A stretch of 63,948 nucleotides of DNA, counting the filler, from Lenisia limosa (taxonomy: Eukaryota > Protista > Breviatea): assembly GCA_001655205.1 (NCBI GenBank). It is 11 parts of 11 records of this genome, joined end to end, with 100 filler letters (N's around TTAATTAATTAA, not from the genome) between each part and the next. Parts side by side here need not be neighbours in the genome. Positions count along the whole stretch, not along the records: positions 1 to 16,764 come from LPNZ01002001.1; 10 more parts are not named here. One strand, given 5' to 3'. Below the pieces are notes generated by a model. The model saw only the letters and a list, made by a program, of their open reading frames with translations. It did no database searches and was not told where the DNA came from. Below, piece by piece: positions 1 to 12,600 of the stretch; position 1 is the first letter of the stretch, and every line of letters starts with the position of its first letter. The position numbers were made by a program, and so were the translations under genes.

Positions 1-149
1 CCGGTTTTTGTGGACGGGGATATATATATTTGACAAACCTCTTTATTTTGAACATTTTTGAACATTCCATTGATTCCATTGATGTCAAGTTTTATTTTAA
101 ATTTAAATTTTCCGTTTAACATCAAACAGCCACGATATTCCGTTAACAT

Positions 150-231
150 CGCATTGATATTTTCTTAACAAATTTTTAACGTTTTAATACCTGCATTGAT
201 ATTTTCTTAACAAATTTTTAACGTTTTAATA
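150..231. repeat. Direct tandem duplication, ~43-bp period
   Basis: gcattgatattttcttaacaaatttttaacgttttaata occurs twice in tandem. Confidence 0.85.
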
Positions 232-249
232 TCTGCTACTTTAATTGTC

Positions 250-512
250 TTTGTAGATGATGGCGATAATCAGCTCAAGTCCTATTTACGTGGTTTGTTG
301 CCATTGGCTTATCCCCAATAAATTTCCATCCAGTTGCAGAAAACTGGGGTGTGATGTAACTTGTTAAATCCACATCTTTCAGACAATATCCATCATGTAT
401 TGAACTAAAAAAACTGTTTTTTACATTATAGGGCCCATGGCAAACAATGCAGGTTTTCCAGATAACAAAGCGTCAGCAATTGCTTTCAAGGTTTGAGGGA
501 AGCTGTTTACAC
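250..512 (-). CDS. Partial multi-exon gene, unknown product
   Basis: Minus-strand exons FPQTLKAIADALLSGKPALFAMGPI and ISIHDGYCLKDVDLTSYITPQFSATGWKFIGDKPMATNH join in frame across a 20-nt GT-AG intron (405-424). No family recognised. Confidence 0.55.
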
Positions 513-612
513 GGAGTTAATAGGGTGAATTGTCTATCAAAACTATGAGTTATTATTAGACTTCGCTCTCTCTTCTCAATAAAATTTTTTTTTTAATACA
601 TCAAAAGTTAGT

Positions 613-3600
613 ATGGGCTCAGACGTATTTGTTCGTAAAGGACAATTTTTACGTTTGATAAAAGTCTTATCCTTGACATACACCTTCTTACTTTGGCAGG
701 AAGCAGGGACGTACGGAGGCACACTCTACGATATGGATACATCGCAAGTCTTTGGCGACTCTCCAGTGATCATGTCAACATGTGGAAATATTGCGGTAGC
801 TTTACACCGTAAGAAAAGGGATACAGAGGTGATCATTTATTCAACTCAGTTTGCCGAAGTATTTAAAGATTGATTACCTAATGATAAAACACTGGGGTAG
901 AAGTAGTTATCTTATTGAGCTGTTTCAAAACGTTTCATTTTCTGTCTTAATTTACCCCAGTGAATGGATCTGTTTCCTTTTTTGGATCTCAATATGGGTA
1001 CACACTACCTCGCCCGGATTTGAGCATTCTCAACTACAAGGTCATCAATCGCGTAATAGGGTCAACTTACCAAGGCAAAACAATTATGCTGTTCACAGGT
1101 ACGTGCTGGATTTACCCGCAATAATATCAAAACTGCCAACTTGAATTTAAATCCTAAAATTTGAGAATCATACATATTGTTTACACAGTGTAGTAGATGT
1201 GATATTATGGTACATAGTTCTTTCCATCTATTCCAAATATGAGTCTGTTCTTCGATGAATATCCTTTGTAGACAGGGCTTCTTACTTGATTGACACCAAC
1301 GAGTACACCGGCAAGTTTGGCATTTACACCGGAGTGTCGGACAAATGGAACATATTTGTGAGCTAAAAGCTTCTTCTGCTTGAGCTTTTTAGTCCATTCT
1401 TATTAATTTACCTCTGGTAATTAATTTTCCATAATATTACTTCATGTTCAAAATTACAGTTCCTAAAGTGGCACTTGTAACAATGTCATATTCATAGCGT
1501 CACTTCAAATTCAAAAATAATTTCTCATTATTTTCGCATGACCTACTTATCACCTATATCCTCAGGAGGTCCAAAAGTCAAAATTCGACAATGAGCGCCT
1601 TGTTCATGGAGCGTTTTATGGGAATGAGGCAATTATGTTGACAGGTGTGTGATACTTTTTCCGTGTTTTATTGTTTTCACTGTTAACAAATGTTGGTAAC
1701 AGCTTACTCTTTATGGTGATATGATTCAGATAAAAATGTCATGCGATTTAACCACTCAAGAAACTAACTCCATTTGGGTTACTACTAGAAGTGGGAGTGA
1801 TGTCAATTACTGCTGGGAAGCGGCTGTGAGCTATAAGTTCACCAAGATACCCAAGGTATAGGTCAAGTCATTAACACTTAATACACCTTATTATTACCAA
1901 GATGTTTCATGTCTGATTGTTTAAAATCCCAATCCCCTCTCCCACTTACAGACGGGGAGATAAAGGGTGCCTACCGTATGGTTTCTAATTCCATTTAGGA
2001 CTCGTATTCCTCAGTTTTGGACCCTTCAGATGAGATTGTCGACGTTTTCGTTACCACTAAATCCAGTCTTTTCTTAACAAGTAAGAGCTGCTGGTATTTC
2101 CCAGAGCAAATTATATCATATGATCATAACGTTAATGTCAATCTTGAAATGGACTACCTGATTAGTTGTTTGAAAGAGTTACTCAATGTATCCTTGAAGT
2201 AAATTTTATGTTAAATAAAATCGTTATACAGAGAAATCAATAAGGATAGATACCTTATGCTCTGCGCAGCACACACAATAGTGTCGACTCAAATTATTAT
2301 GAATGCTTTTACAATTGTCCATCAGTCATTGACCCTTTGCAGAGTTTGGGAAGGTTCTTGCGTGCGGCCCTGGGATCATTAAGGATGAGTCGTCGTGCTT
2401 CTTGGAGGTCACAACTGACCCCGCTAAAGCAACAGCATTCGGCTTCTTTATCCCTGAGTGGTTTATCGTAAGAGGGCAAGATCCTCATATATATACTTAG
2501 TTTTGTTCATTCGAACTGCAATGCAGGTATTATTTTTAAAATAAATATAATATATATATCATAGGCTGCTACTACGCATCCGCATCTCTCGGTTCTGTTT
2601 TATTGTGTTTGCTTTACCAAAAAAAATATAGTATATGTATTCTCGTACGACTTCTAGGCTCGTGTTCCCTTAACCTACCCGTATTACCACAGAACGACAA
2701 CCTTGCCCCCGATGACCGGGGCATAATAGGTTTTGACGGGTTGCGAATGGCCTACAGCGGCTTCCAAACTCCGGTCTTCAAATCGGGTAGGGATCGGCAT
2801 TGTAGACCACACACTCAATATAAGAGGATTTGTTAAGGAAAACAAAGACAAGCTACAGACGGCTGTCTTAAATACCCTTCATTCTGCTATATAGTTGCCA
2901 CATTGTTTCTCATACACCATTCCTTACTTCTTGATTCTATTCCTTACTAATTATGTAGCTAGTGGACGTGTTTTGCAGTGTTTCTCCGAGCAACTGCAGT
3001 ACCCTTCCTTCCCTGCATGGCGCACCTCAGTATGCGTCGTGTTTATATTAGACAACATCTTCTTCCTGAATCAAAAAACTGTCTTTTAATAATATAGATT
3101 ATATGGTATGCTATGCATATCGATATAGCATATTAGACATGAATTATTACATAATACATAAAAGTATTTTGTATAATCTACGATATCATATCATATGTAA
3201 TTAGATTATTTATGTTTGGTATTTTACGGATATTGTATATGACGTGTTTAAACAAATGTGAATACAGGGTTGTAACCGTCATACAAACACGTCTCACATT
3301 TCGTTGCATTTCAGTATGGCTGACCAATATATTTCAGCATCCCTTTGCGATATGACTTCCTGCTCTCACAATGTAGCGTTTTGAAAACATGTACTCGACC
3401 GTTCTTGATGGTTTGGACTTCCTTCCAAATAGATACCTTGCGGTCATGAGTGGGAGGGGCTGGAGCGTTCAGAAAACAGATAAGTATCTAATCACATCAT
3501 ATAGTTTCTTGAATTAAATATATCATTCAGATGGTATAAAGACTATATGATTCCCAAAATAACAATCCAAAAACCTCCCAGAACCAGTTAAAAAGATGTT

Positions 3601-6600
3601 ATTAAAGAGGTTAATTTCTGATAATGTATTCTGTGATCCTCATCCCCCAGATAAAAACGGAAGCAATCTTATTTACGACTTTGATTTTTTTCCCCAAGAA
3701 GCTTTGGAAGGTTTGTTGATATCATAACGGAATTTTCGTGTTGTTTTTCGTCGTCATCGATCTTCTTCACCTCCCCACCTTGCAACTCAACTCCCCTCTG
3801 ACCCGTCAGATACTTCGGTCCCCGTTACTATTGGCTTCAATGCCACTATTCTCGGCCACATTAAACTGTTCACTGCAGGTGTCATGAAGCTACATTGCAT
3901 GTACGCCTTTACCACAATTGTTATATCATCCACTTTTACAATGCAAAGAAACTGGAGAAGTTAAGGATTAGCATATCATTTATGCACTATCAAAACTTCC
4001 GTATCATATTGACTGAAGAAAAAGACTCCACTTGTTACTCACACCTTAGGTTTGATAACACTCCTTCACTCGCCAGAGTAAGTCCTAACGGGGAAATAAC
4101 CTGTGACCTTCCTCCCCAAACGTCTGACGTGACTAAGGTTGAACTTCTTTTCAAGGTTTGTCAAAGCAGCCCACTCTTTACGTTGGCATTGAAGAGAATC
4201 TACATACAGTACATATGATGTTACTCCAGTAAAAATCAAAGCAAATTCTAAGATAGATAGACATGGGACTTCACATCTGTTTTCAAACAACAGGAGTATA
4301 TTGATAAATATTTTGTATTAGTTTTGGCACTTTTATTGAACAAACACGTTTCTATATTTGACCCCCTAATCGCAATAGGGACGTAGAATCCGCCACATCA
4401 ATCCACGAGGATTCGCCATCAAAAGGATTGCCCACACCGTTGAACTGGATGACCTTAGTTTTTGGCCTGGTCGAAACGTCACAATAAAAGGAGGGGAATT
4501 TGTGGGTAATGTCACTGTTAATATGGTGGTGAGCGGCAAGTTTGATATCACTGCAAACGTGACTGTTGTCAATGCGACGCTTTTGGAGTTCACAGTTCCA
4601 AATGGCCTTCAAACCTACCCTGGACAGATGAGTGTAGTTTCCAAATTTGGGTAGGTAGGACTCTTTTTGTACTCCATGGATAGCGATAAAGACTTTTTTT
4701 GTCCAATATCGAGATTATTTTCACCTATTTATTTTTTTATGACCATTTAGAATGCCCTATTGTCCCGCGCAGAAAAATCGCATTTTCGCGGGATTTTCGC
4801 AGGAAAACAGTATTTTGGAGGATTTTTGCGGCGCTTCGCACCGCTCTGCACCATTTTATTTACCATTTTTTTTGTTGTTAAAATGTGAAACATCACCAGG
4901 TTTTGAATATTTTTTCGCTGCACGGGTAAATAGGGCATTTTTAAAATTAATATACATGTATATACTATATGCTGTCTGATTGCTGTTGGTTTTTTGTTAT
5001 TGATTTCCATTTACTTGTTCAGCGGAAATACCTATCAATCAGAAGACCTTTTGGTCAACTATTTTGAGGTTGGTGAAGCATTATTGGATACCATATATTG
5101 GGCTTGGGCTTCTCTTCGATCCCAAAAAGAATAAACTGCTCAATAAATGAGTATTTTTTCTTTGAGACAAATTAAAAGTAAATATTGGTTGAGTCAACCT
5201 TTCATCATTCAGCCTGCCTACATTACAGGCATCAACCCCGGGTCCATAGTGGCTAATGCGATTCCGGCGTACATCGATATTCAAGGAGCCAACTTCCCGA
5301 AAGCAAGCTCTATCGTTTGCTGTGTTCAAGGTGAGGTTTATCATTTGCTGGCTCATTTTATATGAAAAGGAGAAGTCTCGTAACTGCTGTTTATACATAT
5401 GTTTATTTGGTGGTTAGACCTTGTGCCTTGTTGAAAGCAAGAGTCATAAATCAAGGAATAACATGGGAGTAACTAAATCCTTTCCTCCAATGCCGACCAC
5501 TTAACCACGTATTGCAGAGTAATAAAGGGACTTGTCAACTCGCGAGCGGACTTTTTCCATAGCAAATCCGTAGCTCTCTGTAGAGAAATGCCATTTTCTA
5601 GTTCCAAGTACCCTTCACCCTTCATCTTCCAACGTTACCTTTATAGACAATTGTGCTGATGCTGAATACTTGAGCCAGGTGCTGGTCCTTTGCCCATTAC
5701 ACCCGTCACTTGCCTCTCTATGTTGGCTGCTGATATGACTGATATCTTTTTATACTTTTACATTGTCATATTTGCTGTATAGCGTCATCGAAAAATGAAA
5801 TTGCAATTCTGTTAGTGCTGGTCTATTTTACAAGGATAGTTATGTTTTATGGAATAAAAATTGTCGAAACAATGAAGTGTAAAAACAGTCACCAAACTCA
5901 ATTTAACATTTAAGATAATTGGTTATCGAGGATTGATTCGGAATTTTAGTTTTACACAACTAAATCAACTTTTTGACAACTTCATCTCCACAACAGTTTC
6001 CGCTGAAGTTACATTGACATTCGACAACACAGTGTTCCTTAAGTCTGACACGGTTTTGACCATCATAAGTTGGCAGGGAATCGGCTATAGCCCACATGAA
6101 TTACATGTAAAAATGTCCGTATAATATGTTTCCTTCCATTTTACCTTTTCTTTTATGAGGAGCTTATTACATCAAATCTCACTCATCGATGAAGTCTTTT
6201 GAATCTCCACTAAACCCCCAGGAACATTTACCCTGGAAGCGATTTCAACGTTTCCTTTACAATCGAGGAACTTTTGGCCGCTTGAGCCTCCTCCTCAGTT
6301 CAGAGTGGGCCGGTTTTGTGCTGTTTTATTGTCGATTGTGGTCAAAAGAGGCAAACAACCATTTTTGTCCCAGTTTTGGAGGAGCCATATCTCTAAAATT
6401 TATGTATTTGAAAACAGTTAGGTGATGTGATAAGTACACTATTATATATATATATAGTTAAAACCGCGAACATGATTAAAACCGCGAACAAAAAGGAGGC
6501 TTTTCTTTCAATTTTTGAGCCAATACGCTCCTTATTTACGCCTCTTTCGCATTTTTTGCAAATTATCGCCCGAAACACTCCTTTATACAGGGTTTTATTC

Positions 6601-9600
6601 AGAAAATAGGCAGGGGTATCAACATACATGCAAAATACCAAATTCATGGTACTTCAATTGTTCATGCGAAATACATTAAAAACACTGATTATGGGCCTAG
6701 TATTGTCCCTGCGATAAAGTGAAGACGTTCTTGCACCATCAGATTTGATTTTTTTTCCACTCTTGAGTAACCTAGAGACATTTAAGTAGAGAATACGAGA
6801 CAAATAGGGCAAAAAATGAGCGTAAATTTCCCATAAATGGGCGAAAATATGATAGAAGATGTTAATAAATCAAGCGAATTTGACTCTTACCTTGTGTGCC
6901 GTTCCAAACGGTAAATGGGTTATTGACGCAGTATATACCTTAATCAGACGTCTATTTCGTCCATTGGCTCTATTATAGAGACTGAACAAGGAAAATTCTT
7001 GAAAAAACCGTTACAAAAGTACCTCAAAACCACTACATTTTCTCCAAAAATGGACTTCAGATTCGAATTCTCCTTAAAAAATCGCGTTTCTATGTTCTGA
7101 AAGAGGGGGGTTTCAAAAAATATTTTCGCGTAAAGGAAACTGGGTGACCCCGNNNNNNNNNNTTTTCTTATTTTTGCTCAAAAATTCTTTGTTTTGATGT
7201 TATTGATAGTCTAGTACTCAAAACTGCCAAATTTCACACTAAAAAGGGTGTTATTGAAGCGATTTATGTCGATTTTTGGCTTGTTCGCGGTTTTAATCAT
7301 GTTCGCGGTTTTAACCACCAACCTATAGGACAATAGGATGACCTGCGTTTTTATGATGCCATTAAATTCATTCTATTGTCAAAGTCGTCAAAACCTAACG
7401 CAAAACTGAATTTATTGGTATTGCATTTTTGCGGGTTATCTCCTGTTTGAGTAAAGTTGTTTGGGATATCATATGTATATATAAATAGTCCGTGTCTTTG
7501 TAAAGATATTTCTCGTTTTGATGTACCAGTCAGTATTAACACAATACAACTAACTAAATATCTAGTTTTCGTGGATTTATTGGTAAATGCGATATTTTTC
7601 GGATCGAAGTGAAGAAGTATTTTTTCTTTTTTATTAACCGCTTTTAGCTCATTGACTCTCTGTCCGGACGACCCTCAACAGGTATGTTTGGTTTTCAAAG
7701 GTTTAATCTATTTATTTTTTATTTCGTATTGGTTGTTGCCTTAAGCTAATAATGAACATCCACCCAGGCGTTTCCTTACGTCTTAGATCTCCATATAGTC
7801 AAGGCCAGTATTGCACCTTCACCTTTGTCTTCTGACGGTGAGGAGGAATGGGAATGGGGAAATCAAGTTAATTAATTTCATGAATATGGCCGTAGAGTTA
7901 AGGATTACCAGAGTATGACAGGAAAAAGATATCCTTTTCACATACTGCTGCATATGATACCATGTATTCCATAATCATATTCTTGGGCTTCACTCCGATT
8001 CAGAAAATGACTGCATTTCTTGATAAATAATTGATATAGTATCTACTAAACGTGATGGTGTGAAGGCTTCGGCCAGATAATAACCTTAATTTTTATTTCT
8101 TATTGCTATATGTATATATATACGATAGGTGTTTAAATAGTATTACTATCTTTTTTGTACCGAATTGATTCCCTATACATCATATGCATATCATATGTAT
8201 GTATATCGATATGTGTAAAAAGGCTCGGGTTTTTGTTCGACGTTACCCTGCAGGCACCAGGGCGATCCTGAGTAATGGAACAGCCGTCTTCTCTGAATTA
8301 CTGTGAGTTGGGAGGGGATAATAAAGACTCATTTTTAAAACTAATTTCAAAAACAGAATAAGTTTAGTCCTATCAATTGTTTAATTATCCTCTCAGTTAC
8401 AATGTTTTGTTTACCGTTTTAGTGTTTATCTGGAGCAAGACATTTCCTATGAGGTATGATATTTTTCCGCTTCAACACCTTCAGTCATTTGCATAATAAT
8501 ATCCTGTATGATATGCACAATATAGCGGATTATATGACAATGATCGCTGATAGTTACATAGCATGTATAGTATGTGATGATGGTATTTAGCTCCACCCAC
8601 AATGGTTACAATTTCACCACTGTTTAGGTCACCTTTGAGAGCGACTCTGCTCTGAACACTATTTCGACTGTAGGCTGTCTATCCCCCCTTCACCAAAGGA
8701 ACTTGAAGAGTACATGTGTTATGTCATTTCTGCAATTTTCCTACCTACACTCCCTCTCCTTCTTTATCTCTCTCTCTCTTTAACTCCTTACGTACCACTT
8801 CCTTACAATCTAAAAATGATTTTTGGAAGTAATGTTTCTTTTATCTCCCACGGAATTTATATCTTGCCAACTCTGACACCCCCAGACAATTACAGCAGCG
8901 TCTTGCTCGTCAATTTCCCCCGGGACAATTGAGACCAATAACGACTGCAGCTGTCCTTTGGGCATGACCTTTGACGACGACTATTTATGTGTCCCTTGTC
9001 CTGAAAAGTGAGTAGTGCGGCCCTTTATACCCTCGTATAATGGCAGTGGGCCCCTGGGGGTAGAGTTCTATTTAAATTGGTGTAATCTTTTTTCTCAATT
9101 ATGGATTTGACTGCGGCAGTACGTACCGATCCGATCTCAATGAAGTGAAGTGTGTTCTCTGTCCAGATGGCAATTCCAGTCCCGAGGGGTCTGTCTCAGC
9201 TTCCAATTGCTCGTGTCTCCCTGGCTTTGTTGATGTGGATGGTGAGAGGTGATGAGCATTGTAGAGTGGTGAGCTATGGTACGAAAAAGACTGTCAAAAT
9301 ATTGATATAAACCGTCCTTATTTGGGCTCAATTGATGAGCGTTTTGTAGTGACGTTTGATGAGTATTGTGGATGTAAATTGTGACGAGTGCTTAACAATG
9401 TGCAAATTAGACAGTGCATGTGTTACGCCTTGATATGAATATGCTTTCCTTTTGAAAATCTGTCACGATGTGCATCAGTCATTACGTATCAAAATTGCAC
9501 TTGATTTTATAACGTCATGTTTACAACCCGTAAACCTCCCTCTTGCTATTCAATCTTCTTATTTGCATTAACACAGATATTGATATTGAATGTACAAACA

Positions 9601-12600
9601 TGTATTTGAACAAAGTGCACATAAAATATAGCAACCCCATCATCAAGTAATTTTTATACTCACCCCCAGGTGAGTGTGTGTGTTCCAAAGGAAAGTACCC
9701 TTCAAGTCTCACCTGCTTACCATGCCCTCGAGGTGCAATGGGGGCAAAAATCTTGTTTTTTGTTTTGTTTTTCAGAAAAGTCCTTGTGGAAGCAAGGATC
9801 ATTAATCCAATGTTTTTGTTAATATAAACTATCCTTTGTTGGTAAAAATAATAAGTATTCAGCTAACTCAATTTTGCTCACATCAATATCAAACTAAAAA
9901 ATGTTATTTCAAAGCTGAGTTCCCCCAAGTTCAATTCACCCTTGTTTTTGACAGTCATGTGGTTGCATAGCCTCAAAAATAATGGTTCACCCTTGTAGGA
10001 AGCTTCAAGACTGACGACAGTGATGGACTGTGCACGCTGTGTAGGGACGTGTACGGCGATCTTGCGTCCACAGTAGAAGACGGAGCAACTTCCATGGACG
10101 ACTGCGTGTATGCAAAGGGCTGTGATTCAAGGGGGGTCTGAAGAGAGAGCTAAACCAGTCACACAAGTACACTGTATATTTGAGCCCGCGGTAGTTTGTA
10201 ATCAATTTAGCTGTGAGTTTGGTATGGTGCTGGATCCAAGCGCAACAAATGCCACATGTGTGTGCCCCCCAGGATCGTATTACGACCCTAGTTCACCAAG
10301 TAAGCTATTATGCTGTAATCTACAAATTGAAATTGAATGCTGCCAACTCTATATGGTCATTAAATATGCCAATACAAGTCCATTCAAATAATTGAGAAAT
10401 TAAATTTAATATTTGAAGTGATACATATCATATTATAGCGAGAACTATGTTTTTTTTTTCTATTTTTCCAAAAAGATTATGCACGGAATCCTACTAATAA
10501 ATATGCTTAATGAACTTAACGACTTAAATGCAGCTAATAAAGCCACATCTATGAACTACACAATGTCGTTTCGAGTGTCCATTAATTTCTGTCCATCCAT
10601 CATCTTCGCAGCGCTGAAGTGTCAGCTGTGTGACTTCAATGGATTCCTTCCGACCTTCAGTCTTGCAACTGAATGCCACCCTTGTACTGAAAACAGCCAG
10701 ACAAGCCTACCAGGGAGTACTGATGGTGAGTGTCTTCATGGGCGTGGATGCTGAGATAATGAAGGTGATGGTAAGAAAATAAATAAAAGCTAATATTTTT
10801 GTAAACATACAGTACATACATTACATACAGATGTTTTCGAACATGGTCAATCAGTTTACTAAGGTACACATATTATTATGTATTTAAACTATGGGTTGAG
10901 TAGAGATAATGTGAGTGGTGCTTTTTTCTGGATAATAAGAGTAATGGTACGCATTTTTCCTTGATTAGGATTAGGGCTTCACTTTGGTTCGAAAAAATTT
11001 ATCAGTTTATTTTTTTTCGAACCAAAGTGAAGCGCTGGATAAACTCAATACGCAAGATACCTTTCTTTGTAGTTGAACAACTTGGGTTACCATGTCAATA
11101 TTATTTTTTTTATGAGTTACTTACCACTTCAAGCCTCGGATTGTCGCTGTTTATCGAATTTTGCGGCAGTTGAGGATGAATGCACTGCTTGTCCAACAGG
11201 TGGAATGTGCCCAGGTAAGGGGGTTTGCTGGGTGGTATGGGAGGGGTAAAAGAGATTTACGCCCAAAAAAGGGGCTTAAATGAGTTTTATCCTTGACCTG
11301 AAGGTTACAGAAAAAGGGGCCATAAAGAGAGAAGGAGGAGAGTGAATAGAGCATATTATGTATGATGGGGGGTATTCTTGATTTTTATGGTATATTTAAT
11401 GTGAGTTCTCAACCATTTAGGGGGTATTGCTGCCCCAGAAGCGAGCTCTGGTTTCTTCCCTCTTGATGAGGTAGGTAAAGATCATGAATATAAAAGTTAC
11501 TTTGGCGAAAGATTGGCATTGTCCTCTATTTTTTCTCTCCATCCTCCGCTGCAGCCACACACATACCTAACACTCCCCTCACAAAATTACCAGCTTTCCA
11601 CTAATCCTTAATCCCCCATTAATATCCTCGGGTACCCCCATTAGTATCCTCGGGTACCCCCATTAATATCACCGGGTACCCCCATAATATCCCCAGTCCA
11701 CGTCATTCGTGTCATGTCCGAACGCCGCCGCATGTATAGGGAGCGGCCACTGTGCCGACGGTTACGAGGGCTTCGTGTGCGGCGACTGCCAAACCGGGTG
11801 GGGGGTCATTTTCTCTGTGTTTTTTTCTTTGCTGTACCAGTCAACTGCCGGATATGTATGATCCTAGTTTCAACAGAGACTTTACTCTCTATGATACTAG
11901 TTTCAACAGAGACTTTACTCTCTATGGTCGTAGTTTCAATAGAGACTGTACTGAAACAAAGGGGGATAGAGTGTAGAGCTGTGGGGAGAAGTGATGGTAC
12001 AATTGGGCTATTGAGTATGGGGGGATGATGTAAGGAGGGTTATTACTCCTTTTGATCAACAGAATCCTGAGTGTATCCCATAATAATTACAACCCTTATT
12101 TCATTCTTTGGAGCAAGAAAACACTTTAAAGCAAAAAATATATATAATATAGCGATAATTTCCATATCCCCCGTACCGCTCTTCTCGTAATACCAGTTCT
12201 CATAGTACCCGTTATCATAGAACCAGTTATCATAAAACGAGTTCTCATTACACCAGATACTACCGCATAGAGAACGAGTGTCGTAAATGCCGAACATACT
12301 CCAACATTCTTCTCCCTCTTCTTGGAGTGATAGGTCAGTAGGTCTTCATGGATACGATGAAATGTCGATATTACATTGATTATTGATACTAATAATGCGA
12401 TTTATATTGAGGATTGATTAATTAATTGTTTGTTGCAATCTAAATCACTTGGGACTGCAAGGAGTTATTTGGGTGATAATATCAATGATTTATTGATAGG
12501 TGATTATTTTTCTATTATAGTACAAGTAATAGCAATGATAGATCGATATGTATTATATCATAAAACAAACATATGATATTCCTTATTTACCCCAAACAGT

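Noticed and set aside
430-530. Alternative genetic code (TAA/TAG = Gln, or TGA read-through at 24968)
   Set aside because: Each apparent in-frame stop falls inside a plausible intron. NAA10, PSMB3, SNF2 and RPA1 exons contain no internal stops.
11858-11952. 33-bp repeats (also 32808-32901) as a CRISPR array
   Set aside because: The units are directly tandem with no unique spacers, no cas genes are present, and the context is a eukaryotic intron.
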